Below the pieces are notes generated by a model. That model ran no database searches, was not told the origin of the DNA, and saw nothing but the letters and a program-made list of their open reading frames with translations. The translations under genes were made by a program, and so were the position numbers. Below, piece after piece: positions 52,454-64,000 of a stretch of 64,000 nucleotides of DNA; the first letter of the stretch is position 1, and each line of letters opens with the position of its first letter. The DNA is from Schmidtea polychroa. Lineage: Eukaryota. The stretch covers positions 161,138,001 to 161,202,000 of the forward strand of contig CM097886.1 of assembly GCA_044892525.1 (NCBI GenBank), read 5' to 3'.

Positions 52454-54585
52454 ATTTATACGTTTTAAAAAATGTAATTCCTTTTGAAATTCAATAAGTT
52501 TCGGTTATTCGACATTAAGTCTGGCTCTGACTGCAATAGATAAACTTTACAATATTTTGTCGATAGCGAAGTTATTTATTTCAACAGTGTTCTCTTGATA
52601 TCTTTATTATATTATTAATTATTATTATATTTAATTATTATATTTCTTTGAAACATATCAAGCGAAAGACGAAGAAAACTGGAAAGGAAAATTTGATTAG
52701 AGAGAAAGAAAGAAATATAAATCTGGCTAATTTCTTATTGGAAAGAACAGGACTTATTTTAGGAAAAAATATTTAATTTAATAAAAATTGTGTAAATGCC
52801 TTAACTATTTATTTATTTGAATTATGTGTTTATAAATAATTCCGCTATCGTCAATTTACTTTAAAATTTTACATTAGAGCTTTCTTTAATTCTAGCAACA
52901 TTACTGACGGAAAAGGTAGTTTATAATAAACTATAGTTATGGCTTAAAAATATTATTCATTCACTTAACTGACTGCAAAGCAGTAACTTAATAACTTCAT
53001 AACCTTATTTCAGTTAACAAAATAATGTGCAATAATAATTTAAAACTTAATTAAAGAGCAAAATGCTGTGAACACTGTCAATGTTTTCAAGCAGTGTGGA
53101 TTGTTGTTTTTTTCAAATTTATTAAATTATCAAATAAAATAATTTCTAAATATCAATTTTTTAGGAAATATATAGATTATATAATATATATAGATCATAT
53201 AATATATAGATTATTATATGGCGTATGACGTAAAACGAATATCGGAGTCGGTGTTTTCTTAGAATTAGCACATTATCATGTTTGTTTAATTATTTATACT
53301 AAATAAATATTTCAAAAATAAGAATCACCTGTAAAAAAAGTAATTTTTTTTTAGATATATATTACATAAATTTACAACATTACCACATTAAATTGCATTT
53401 GAAATCTTGATTTTTTTGTGACCGATGCATATACGTGCAAGTGACCGTAATTATTCAATTATATTAAAAACTGTGAAAACTATATAAAATACATTTTGGT
53501 GATAAAAAATGGATTTTTTTGAAAAACAAAACATTAGTGATAACAATTAATATTTTTCAAAGGATAACCAAAAATAGATTTAATTAAAATTTCAATTAGT
53601 AAATACACTAATGACAGCATTGACAACAAAATTTACAGAAATCAAAATGAATTACATATACAGAGATTGAAATTGAGTGGATTATTTTTGAAAATCTCCC
53701 GAAAAAATAAATTAAAAATATAAATTAGATAAGATTGAAAAAAATCAAAAAGACAATCAAAATGAATCAAAGGATAATAAAAAAAAGAATATGGAAACTA
53801 AAAAAAATTTAAAAAAAACTAACAGCGAGCCGACGATCTTATAATAAAACTAAAGAAAACTTCGAAATATAATTAGGATCAAGATCAACTAATAATCAGT
53901 TAATAAAATTATAAAAAAACAGAAATTTAGACTGTAACAGTAATTATAAAAAGTTAGAGGAAATAATTACAATATCTTGATTTATCTAATAATTAAAATA
54001 ACCGTCTGTAAAGTATTCTATATATCATGCTAATTCTGATTTATTTCTATATTAATAAATGTTAATATGTGTACCATAAAACCCCATTTTGGATTCTGAT
54101 TAAATATTTCCAAAATAAATGAGAAAAATAATTAGAAAAATCTAATCCACTGATTACAAAAAACATGTAACGACTTCTAAAAGTTTTATCTATATCTCGA
54201 AACAATTTAAAAATTTTGATTTTGAAAAAAAACTATAAGCATTTTTTACTTTTTTAGGAATAATTATTAAGAAAGTGATTTTTAAAAAAGAAATTATTTT
54301 GAAATGAAATTTATATTTCAAAAACAAATATAAAAGTGACAGATTATTTTTTTGAAAATAAAATTTAAAAGAATATAAAGCAAAGAAAGAGATCAGGATT
54401 AGGATATGATTATAAGGCATTCATTGGGTTATGTGTATATAAATTCGTTTATACAATTCAAATACTTTTCATTTATAAGATATAGTTTGTATTGCTTTTG
54501 TTTTTATTATTAATAACAGCAAGAAAATAATTTTTACAAAATAAAATTATATTATTATTATTATGTTTTTATTTTTATTATTATT

Positions 54586-54784
54586 ATTTATTAAAAAGAG
54601 AGCTTGAAGACTATAAATCAGTAATATATCGATGTTTTTTGATACTCACGAATTTTCGGCACTAGCTTTTTCAAGTGAAATTCAACTGAAATTCACTTGG
54701 AAAGGCAGTGCCGAAAATTCGTGAGTATCAACAAACATCGATATATTACTGATTTATAGTCTTCAAACTCTCTTTTTAATAAAT
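54586..54784. repeat. Long inverted repeat made of two head-to-head hammerhead-like repeat copies
   Basis: Arms 54586-54679 and 54692-54784 are near-identical reverse complements with a 12-nt spacer. Confidence 0.9.
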
Positions 54785-55794
54785 TCAATGGAAAAAATAA
54801 TCAGTGGTGANNNNNNNNNNNNNNNNNNNNNNNNNNNNNNNNNNNNNNNNNNNNNNNNNNNNNNNNNNNNNNNNNNNNNNNNNNNNNNNNNNNNNNNNNN
54901 NNNNNNNNNNNNNNNNNNNNNNNNNNNNNNNNNNNNNNNNNNNNNNNNNNNNNNNNNNGAATTTAATAGACATTTCTTATCTTTTATAAATTAAAAGAAA
55001 AATTTAAAATTCAGTTTTAATTAAAAAGAGCTACTGGAATAATTAAATCACTCGAAAGCATTAGCATGAAAAATGTTTCAACTATTTGTCTAATAAGTGA
55101 GTAAGATTGTTTTGTTTTCAATTAATAATTAATCAACATTGACATCGTGAAATTGCGCTCATTCAAAATTCAGCCAACTAGAAGTGATGAATTTTATTCT
55201 ACAAAATGAGAAAACATCTCATTTAGTTAGAAATGTTTAATTAATTTTTTTTTCATAAGGAAATCAGAATTCTCCAAAATAATTGTCAAAATAATTATCA
55301 ATTTTTAATATTATTGGCTAATCTATTTTTATTTTTTTGTCATTTTTTTAAAGTTACATTTTTCATAAAAAGTTTATTAGTGATTTATTTGGACTCCCAA
55401 ATAAATCTTAATATTTACCTTTTTAATGAGCCTCCATAAATTAAAAACTATTTTGATAAAAAAAAAGAATAAGCAAACAAATAAATTTATTTTTAATACC
55501 TGTATAATATTTATTATTTTTAAGATAATATTAAAATTTTATTTTGTTTAATGGCAAGAAATAAATAAAGTTTTAACGGTAGCAGTAATTTTTGGCTATT
55601 TTTTCTGAAGTATTTATATTAAAAGTTCCTTAATAATATTTTGACGTTTTCTAAATGTGAGTTTAATTTAAAAATTCATTCTTTAAACGAAATAATATTG
55701 GAAAAAAAGTCAATTATTTAAATAGGTCACAATGTTCATTTTTAAAGTCAATATTTTTGGATAACAACAATTTGTCCATGTCTATAATCGAAGA

Positions 55795-56078
55795 TACCGC
55801 CATCATTGAACATCCTAATGGTCGCCTTGGTGCCGATTGGGAATGGAATTGAGCCATATCCGCCATATCCTGTCGCAAGGCATTTCATATCCATGTTTAT
55901 ATCTAAATCGAGCTGCTTCCATTTGTGCACGACATACTTGAGATCGACAATCAGGGATCATACCAATCATAACGCCTCCAGTACTTTCAGTAATATTAAA
56001 CAATCTTGTAGCTGAACTCTTCTCAATCATTTTATCTGGAACCTGTCTTCGTGTAGCTACACATAAATTTGATCTCAT
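55795..56078 (-). pseudogene. PSMA6: Proteasome alpha-type-6 (alpha1) internal fragment, intronless
   Basis: CVATRRQVPDKMIEKSSATRLFNITESTGGVMIGMIPDCRSQVCRAQMEAARFRYKHGYEMPC, then after a frameshift MADMAQFHSQSAPRRPLGCSMM. Compare [63 protein letters not shown]...RPLGCCM. Confidence 0.88.
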
Positions 56079-56105
56079 ATTATTCCTTTCTGAACACAAA
56101 ACAAT

Positions 56106-56384
56106 ATCGATTCGGCCATTTTGATCTTGAGCACATTTCAACAAATTTGTTTGATCCATATTCAATTCACCAGGTACAGATTGAACTAATTGCCGGTCTC
56201 GAGATGATGTGATTAGAGAAAATTCATTACCCAGAATTTTAATAGATTTGACAGATCTGATAACATCGTCTTTACAAATAGTTTCTCTTTCCATTTTGCT
56301 GCGGGTTCCATTCAACCTTGCCACTAAATCATCGAGATCCATCAATCCCCCGTTATATTTAGATGTTGCCATTGTAATTTCCAA
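56106..56384 (-). pseudogene. SNF8: ESCRT-II subunit SNF8/Vps22/EAP30 internal fragment, intronless
   Basis: MATSKYNGGLMDLDDL...KDDVIRSVKSIKILGNEF...LVQSVPGELNMDQTNLL...QNG versus SNF8 NGGLITLEEL...QDDLIRAIKKLKALG...LIQSVPAELNMDHTVVL...KNG. Confidence 0.9.
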
Positions 56385-56517
56385 AAAAACCCAATCGAAA
56401 TAAAACTCAATAAACAAAGAAGATTTCCATTGCCATCAAATACAATCACACAAAACCTAATAAAACTCTCTAAATTAAAATTACAACTCACCCAACCAAC
56501 AAAATTGAAAAATACCT

Positions 56518-56675
56518 CTTGCTCGCGCCTGTGTGCGCACACAGCCAAAACAAAGAAAAGAAAAGCGCACACAGACGCGAGATCAACTAAAAACCCAACA
56601 TAAAAAATTACATTGCTCGCGTCTGTGTGCGCACACAAATTCGTCACACAATACAACGCGCACACAGACGCGCAT
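56518..56675. promoter_or_regulatory. Two GC-rich inverted-repeat units upstream of the chimera (putative PLE-type leader/promoter)
   Basis: Arms 56522-56538/56565-56581 (16/17) and 56618-56632/56658-56672 (15/15). Each unit contains the palindrome tgtgtgcgcacaca. 24/27 match to 29424-29450. Function is inferred only. Confidence 0.45.
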
Positions 56676-56701
56676 TGAGCTAATAATTCACCACACAATG
56701 T

Positions 56702-56896
56702 ATGTCAAATGATGTAAAAATGTTGGTATGAGTTATGATCAAAAGTTCGTACGTATTTGTGAGTTTAATTTAAAAATTCATTCTTTAAACGAAATAATAT
56801 TGGAAAAAAAGTCAATTATTTAAATAGGTCGCAATGTATGTCAAATGATGTAAAAATGTTGGTATGAGTAATGATCAAAAGTTTGTACGTATTTGT
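56702..56896. repeat. Local tandem duplication, 136-bp period
   Basis: 56702-56760 matches 56838-56896, and 55656-55735 matches 56758-56837 (few substitutions). Confidence 0.92.
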
Positions 56897-57699
56897 ATGA
56901 ATTATATGCCACGTCACATTTATTAAAAACAGTATATAATATAAAAAATAATCAATAAACTATATTTTAAGATACATACTCAAACTCACCTATTTCAGTT
57001 ACACCTGACAATTTATTATAGGATTCCAGCTAGAATAGGGAAAATTAATAAATATATACAAACACGGTGAGTGCAATTTTTATAATAAATCTAAAATTAT
57101 TGTTTAAAAATTATTTACACTATATTAGAAAATATTTTACAAAAACCTTGATAAAACAGTAAATTATGGGCAACTGAGTTTATAAATTTTGATATTTATT
57201 TAATTATTTAATAAATTTAAAAATTAAAAATAACTTACTTATTTCTCAAATAATTTTGCATTAAAACCCACATAATTAATTGAAAATGTGAAATTTCCAT
57301 AATTTCTAATAAAATCATGACAATAATTTGTAGGCAGTTATTACTCATTTTTCTTTTGTATTAAAATCCTGCCAACAAATTGTAAAAGATTTTGGAAATC
57401 ATCTAAAATTGTATTTAATTAGAAAAAATAAGCGTCGAACAGATTTATCTGGAGTATTATTATCAAAATCATAGGTCTCCCAAGATTCTATGGAAACTAT
57501 TTTAACCTTTAAAGGTTAATCCATGTCAAAACCTTAAAGGGTTAAAAAAACTATACTTGAAATTTTGCTGAAACATAATTTGAAAGATTGTAGACATCAT
57601 GGAGAACATGTTGGAACATATCCTACAATGTTACACAATGGTCGAAGGTCAAAAGTCAAAAAAACCTGAACTCCGAGAAAATGAGTCAACATTTTGGTG

Positions 57700-58010
57700 G
57701 CGGTACGTAGCTCAGATTCTTGGTTTGCTGTTTTGATTCTTGTTGGATCATTCATAATTCAATTTTATTGAAAGAGGATCTTTTATTAAAGGCTTAAAAG
57801 ATTCTTTTGCCTTTTCAATTAATATTCCAATAGAATAGATCCCGCTTAAAATTTCTTTGACTTTTGGTAAATCTTTACATTAATAAATGGCTGATTTCAG
57901 ACAACTTGACAATCGAGTTAAAATTACTGCCGGTGGACTACCAATACTATCGAATTTCATGATGTCTGTCTTGTTCTCAATGGTTATGACATTAACATAT
58001 GGATATGACT
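57700..58010 (-). pseudogene. Degraded hAT (CGGBP1-like) transposase fragment
   Basis: SPPAVILTRLSSCLKSAIY*CKDLPKVKEIL...GILIEKAKESF resembles the PP.PxITRWGTWL.AA.YY motif. A copy lies on + at about 63783-64000. Confidence 0.45.
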
Positions 58011-58173
58011 TTATTTATATGACTTTATGACTTTATTTAGACTGTGCTCTTTTTATTCTCTTCATACTATAAATAAAAGGTTGATTAGGAAATTAAATTG
58101 ATAATAACATATTTTAAAATTCAAGAAATCAAAAAAGAACAAATATAAAAATGTCCCAAATTATAGTATAAAT

Positions 58174-59080
58174 CAAGGGTGGGCACGCATGGGTTCAATA
58201 AGAGCCATTTTCCGAAAATTTATTTTTTACAGAGCCACCATAGTAAAGTACATATTTTTTTTTATTTCATTAATTTGATTAAAGAGACTTAAACGCTATT
58301 AAAAAAAACAAAATAATTATTTCAAACATTAAGTAACAAACATAAAAATCCATTAATAAAAAGTAATAAAATTTCTTGAATTAACGAAGACTTTTGGTCA
58401 AATCTTTGAAATTTGGTGTATACTTTGTTAAAGCTGTTCGCAGCAATTCTGTAAGATGCTGATTGGTCAACTGTGAACGATATTTCGACTTTACGAACTT
58501 CATTGTGGAGTACAAAGATTCACAACAATATTTTGTACCAAAAATTGAAATTAGACGGCAAGCAGCTTGTTTTAAGTGTGGATATTTTGCCTCTGGTACG
58601 AGTTTCCAAAATTCAACTGTAGAAGTAGATTTATGGTGCATTTGCAAAGCCTGGTCCTCTTTCATATCTAATAACTCCAATTCCCCAACCGCTTTTTTAA
58701 GAAATATTACTTCAGAAATTGGAAATCCATCTTCAATAATATCACAAATAAATGGGTTCACAAAAAATGCAAATGTAGATTTATAACTTTTCAAATCTTC
58801 AAACCTACATTTGAAATCCACTTGCAATTCTTCCAATTTTTCACTGTATTCGTTTACTTTTTCTTCTGTAATATCAATTATATTAGCTTTTATTCGTGGA
58901 AAATGATTAAATATATTATGAAAATACAATTGCAACAAAAAATTTTTTCTCAAAACATTTAGTCAAAAATTTCAAAATAAAAAATCGAATTCGATTATCA
59001 AGAATTCAATTATCAATGAGCCGCAGTTTACTCAACGAAGAGCCGCATGCGGCTCTAAGAGCTGCATTGGCCCACCGTTG
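58174..59080 (-). mobile_element. hAT (Buster/Charlie, GTF2IRD2-like) deletion derivative with intact C-terminal dimerisation region
   Basis: Perfect 8-bp TSD gtataaat (58166-58173, 59081-59088) and imperfect ca.g/cggtgggc TIRs. ORF 58381-58953 has FVNPF...VEFWKLVPEAKYPHLK...FGTKYCCESLYSTMKFVKSKYRSQLT. The empty site is present at about 63615-63622. Confidence 0.95.
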
Positions 59081-62047
59081 GTATAAATTATAGTCCGTAC
59101 CTTAATGCTTTAAATCTTGTTTTTTTTCAATCCTATCCAATCACTACAACATCAAGGTTCTCCGAAAACTATTGATGAATTAATTGAATGTATTCAGAAC
59201 TCATTCAACGAATTAAACAAAGATAAACTTGACAATGACAGTGAACTCGATATTTTCTTCAAATTAAAATCATTAACCTTTTATTAACATGACATCGACT
59301 CTGTTATAACGTTGTATTTCGATTTTTTAATAGCAAGTACTTGGATTATTATTTCCAAGATCCGGCATACAAGGTATTATAATTATTTTTGGTCTCCGAA
59401 TTTATCCGCATTCATGGTATTGAACTGGTTAATAATAAATTAATAATATTTAAACTAATATTTACAATAAGAACAGAATGTATTCTATTGCGTGATTTTA
59501 TTATTTATTTGGCATTAATGAAAAATTTAATAAACCCAGCAAACTGAAAGATCAATTTACAAAATTCTTAATTGTATATTCTCTTATAATAATAAATCTT
59601 TTGGATGAGTACATCTTGAGTATTTTCGTAATAAATTGCTCGATTTTCATTTAAAAAATGCATTTTTTGTAAAAATTATATTTCTCTGACAGGAAATATT
59701 CTTCGCAATTTTATTTCATCATTGGCCTGTCAGTTGTTTATTAATGATTAAATAAATTTATTCAAAAATCCAAGTTATATAATGCGTTCATTTCATCCAC
59801 ATTGAGTTCTTTATGAACCTCCTTTGAATCTATTTGTGTATTTGGTATATATTTTTTAATTTTCTATTAGTTTTTACAATCGAGAAATACTTTTTTGCAA
59901 ATTAATCTTTTCATTTATCATTTCGATTAGATGACCAGGGAGATATTTTTGAAAACTTGTGTTTGATGCTGTAAACTTTCAAATTTTTAGTAATTATTCT
60001 TTTGGTTCCCGGTTGGACTTTGTCTATTTTTTCATTGTCTTGCTAATTTGATGGTATTTAGAAAAATTGTACATTAATTGATAATAAATTAATTTTGAGA
60101 TAGTTGTAACTTAATCGTTTTAATGTCAAGATTAGGATTTTTTAATAACGGTAAAGTGAGAAAAATTAATACACCAAACACCGCTAAGATACGTTTCCTA
60201 TAATATAAGAAAAAAATCAATAATCTTACATTATAGAAACATACATACTTACTTCGAATTCATATTGATGTTCTCATTAATAGTGTAATGAGATACATCT
60301 TACACTATAGAAATCTAAAAAGTGGAAGAAAAATTAAATACTACACACAAACATAACACATACTAAAAAATACATGCAAACTTTCGATATATAGGAATGC
60401 GCCGCTGAGATGCGTTTCTATAATAACTATATTTTAGACAGTTTTTAGAACATAAATTATCCCTGAAAGTGTTTTTAAAGGTATTTTTAAAGAAACTATT
60501 GTCATGAAAATGACGAAATATGATCGTGAGAATTATTTTTGAGTTAAAATTAAGTTAAATATTCAATAGGATGTCTGATATTTGCTTTAGGAAAATTTTA
60601 GAAAAATATACATTTTTGGCGATTGATTTAATTATAATTAAAAATATATCTGACTTATATTATCGAGCGTTTTTAATATTATTTTACTTATATCAATTTC
60701 AATTTGGATAATAAATATTATGATGTATGCTTATGTGTTTATAATTAACACAATGTACATAATAGTAAATATTGTATCTTTGTTAAGGCTATGCTGATAA
60801 TGTGTGTAATACTAATAATGTTAGTCTATATAATGAGGAAATTTGTAGGCCTCAACCGAGTCTCCTTTAAAACTTGTATTGGGACAATTTGGGTGAGTGT
60901 ATATCTAAGTTGCATGTGTGTATGATTAACAATTAGAATTAATATCAATTTAGTTATAAAAAATAATAATATAAATGTTTACAATGTAGAACAAAAAAAA
61001 TAAACCTTCAATTTCAATTCATAAATGGCTTTTATTTGTATTTTCCAATCTTTGCAATATTGGTTGGTTATTATTTAGATTTTTTCGCTTTGGGTTTATT
61101 AATTTTTGATTGATTATTGATTTTTTATTCTTTTAAATTTTAATTTGTTATGTTGGTTAATTGCCCAAAATAATGAAGAATAAAAATAACAAAAATAAAA
61201 AGATCCCATGCAGCACAATAAAAAACTGGAAATATAGTGGTGTGTTAACTACAGAAATGCATATGTATCGACAGATAGAAAATAAATATTTAGAAATGAA
61301 AGATTACTACGTACGGTTTTCTTTTACAAGTTTCATATATATTTTACAAAATATTAAATATCGTCGAAAACTAAATGAAGGTTAAATAACATTATTTACA
61401 GATTTAATTTTTTTTCTTGATAAAATTGTTTACAAAAGTTAAAATTGCTGCCGAAAATATTTTAGTCAAAAATGAGAAATGAATAAATATATTTTCAAAT
61501 CATAAATACCTATAAATATTGTCAAATTTGAGCTATGTATTTCCTGAATAGTTAAAAAAGATTTAAATTGTAAATACTTTTGTTTAGTAGAAAAATTCGA
61601 ATTTGTTTACCTGGTAAAATAATCAGGGTTTCAAAAATAAATATTTACATTTTGTGGTGTTTTTCTCAATTGGTTTTCTCATATGAAGTTTTCAATTTGG
61701 AGTTAATAAATTCTAATAAAATTTGATTGCTGAAATTATTAGATGAAATTATGAAATAAATTTTTGAACATAAAATGAATGGAATAAATTCAAAGTTCTT
61801 TAAAAATAAAATCCTCATAATGCATTACAAGGCCGAATAAAAGAACTAAATACGCTACCCCAGGGCATCTAACAATGAAGTACCAATAGAAAGAGCATGG
61901 AATTTTAAGTTAAAATAATTATTAATAAAATAATACGATTTCAGAGGTTTTTGGCTTGTATATTATTGTTTTAATTAATATATTCGATAGTATAAAACAA
62001 TTATGGTTATTCCTTTTTATTTCAAGTTAATGGTTATATTATATGAT

Positions 62048-62156
62048 TTTAACTTCAATAAAATCTAAAATGTAAGTTCTAGTACAGAATGTTTTATGTG
62101 GAAAGCATATTACGTGAAGAAAATGGTGTAGGAACCTCGAATCATGATAAAATAAT
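62048..62156. repeat. 109-bp direct repeat (second copy at 62961-63069)
   Basis: tttaacttcaataaaatc...ggaacctcgaatcatgataaaataat, near-identical in both copies. Confidence 0.92.
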
Positions 62157-62790
62157 ATAGTCGAGACAATTAAGAAATAATAGAAATCTCCAAAGTTTAA
62201 TAGGTAATATCTTGGTGATCAGTTGAATATACGCTAAAATATTTGATCAACTTCCACGTCAGTGAATTTGACTGAACCGGTATTAGGTTGAACAGTGAGT
62301 TTATTAACTTCTGTGGATGCATTGAGAAGTATACCGGGTTGGATGACGAGAAAATCGAGTAGATTAGTACGATAATGATGAACATTCCAAAATATATGTT
62401 GGTTGAATCTGTTGATAGAACTGAGGTCCGATTGTCTGTTTTGTATCTGAACACACAATGATCGAAGTTTTTGTAAATTGAACTTTTGATGATCATAGAA
62501 ATAGTGATTGCTTGTTTCAGAATTTAAAAAGTGTGTAATTAAAAAATGTGATTAAACCGGGTTTGATTGTTATTCAGTTTAATAATGCATTTGTAATTTA
62601 ATTATTAAATTAATATATCTATTAAATTGGAATGTCTGAGGCACTACATATGGTACGACAAAAAATTGATAACAGAATAGTAAAAGTGTGAAATATAAAT
62701 GGTAATGTAGGCAAAAGAACTATGATTATGCACCGTTTAAATCCCTTTAATTGCTATATGTTAGAAAAATTTTCTAATAATAAACATATA

Positions 62791-63635
62791 CTCCATCTAT
62801 CCCAAATTATAATATACAGTTTCGATTTGTTGTTGCCACAAATAATGGTATAAAAATAATGATTTTTGATTTTTTATTGTAGCTAATAAGTAAATAACTA
62901 GCTAATTGGATCTGCAGGGCTCGTTTTTCGGTTTCGTTAAAAATAAAAGATGTAAAATATTTTAACTTCAATAAAATCCAAAATGTAAGTTCTAGTACAA
63001 AATGTTTTATGTGGAAATCATATTACGTGAAGAAAATGGTGTAGGAACCTCGAATCATGATAAAATAATTAGACTACAATTTCAAATATTTTCTGAAAAG
63101 CATTAATAAGTTGAAGACGAACTGCTAAAATTGCAAATAATTTAAGTAAAGATTTTCGGTTATTCTTTTTCTTTTTATTGTATTTTTTGTCATGGTGTTC
63201 TTATAGTGTATAGATTAATAATTTGGTGTGTATAATTAAATGTAATTAGTAATATAGTGTTTATATTAGTAATATAGTGTGTAGATTAGTTTTGGCCGTA
63301 AAATAATATTACAAATTATGGATTTCATATTTAAATTTTATTGATTAGTATTCATAATATTTTGTCCTACCGTATTAAATGCGTCTTGACTGCATATAAT
63401 AGATACTGGTAAACGACCCTTTGCTATCATGGTTGATTCTATACAAGTTTGTAATTTTAAAAATACATTCTCAAGTTTATCTTTGTTTAATTCGTTGAAT
63501 GAGTTCTGAATACATTCAATTAATTCATCAATAGTTTTCGGAGAACCTTGATGTTGTAGTGATTGGATAGGATTGAAAAAAACCAAGATTTAAAACATTA
63601 AGGTACGGACTATAATTTATACTATAATTTGGGAC
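62791..63635 (-). mobile_element. DD39D (plant-mariner/Stowaway-associated type) transposon deletion derivative
   Basis: On -: SPYLNVLNLGFF-N-IQSLQ...PKTIDELIECIQNSFNELNKDKLENVFLKLQTCIE (family motif SPDLNVLDLGFF). TA|ctccatctatcccaaattata end at 62791 and partial inverse tataatttgggac at 63623-63635. Confidence 0.7.
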
Positions 63636-64000
63636 ATTTTTATATTTGTTCTTTTTTGATTTCTTGAATTTTAAAATATGTTATTATCAATTTAATTTCC
63701 TAATCAACCTTTTATTTATAGTATGAAGAGAATAAAAAGAGCACAGTCTAAATAAAGTCATAAAGTCATATAAATAAAGTCATATCCATATGTTAATGTC
63801 ATAACCATTGAGAACAAGACAGACATCATGAAATTCGATAGTATTGGTAGTCCACCGGCAGTAATTTTAACTCGATTGTCAAGTTGTCTGAAATCAGCCA
63901 TTTATTAATGTAAAGATTTACCAAAAGTCAAAGAAATTTTAAGCGGGATCTATTCTATTGGAATATTAATTGAAAAGGCAAAAGAATCTTTTAAGCCTTT
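63471..64000. repeat. Inverted duplicate of 57788-59232 lacking the hAT insertion
   Basis: The reverse complement matches 57788-58173 plus 59089-59232 almost perfectly, with a single copy of the 8-bp target. Confidence 0.95.

Larger units (their letters stand above)
55736..56693 (-). mobile_element. 958-bp TSD-flanked insertion carrying host-gene fragments
   Basis: 8-bp direct repeat cacaatgt at 55728-55735 and 56694-56701. The empty junction (ggtcgcaatgtatgtc) is preserved in the adjacent tandem duplicate at about 56827-56842. No TIR and no poly(A). Confidence 0.8.

Noticed and set aside
57502-57545. 18-bp perfect palindrome ttaacctttaaaggttaa
   Set aside because: It is AT-rich and could be a TTAA-element footprint, but nothing supports a function.
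57696-57720. tRNA/SINE A-box-like ggtacgtagctcag
   Set aside because: No B box or cloverleaf follows.
59480-60020. Possible ZBED5/Buster-like transposase N-terminus (KPSKLKD)
   Set aside because: Only one short motif, in a heavily disrupted frame; insufficient to call.

Overview
AT-rich, repeat-dense eukaryotic (animal) genomic DNA with four N gaps. A planarian-type flatworm is my guess from composition and the RG-motif DEG/ENaC exon, not a demonstrated fact. The only host gene I can support is the first coding exon of a DEG/ENaC channel (18002-18709,+); I could not find its later exons. The first 10.5 kb holds two decayed, convergently oriented Polinton/Maverick (adintovirus-like) remnants. 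One is a near-full pPolB pseudogene (+). The other, a related element (-), has a packaging ATPase, a pX-like amphipathic ORF, an integrase-chromodomain, a penton-like N-terminus and a second pPolB fragment. A two-repeat TBP-like ORF sits divergently next to its ATPase. The rest is a TE graveyard: two Gypsy pol remnants and a solo LTR, mariner, Tigger/pogo, hAT and Helitron derivatives, a Stowaway-like MITE with a DD39D-type transposase fragment, and two Penelope-like elements (PLEs) plus dispersed hammerhead-ribozyme-like repeats. Top leads: (1) the TBP-fold gene in a Polinton; (2) a 958-bp TSD-flanked insertion carrying an in-frame, intronless SNF8-PSMA6 chimera behind GC-rich hairpins also found in a PLE 5' region; (3) a repeat family with a hammerhead-like core showing the U3-A8 covariation. 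All homology calls are by-eye motif recognition; no searches were run.
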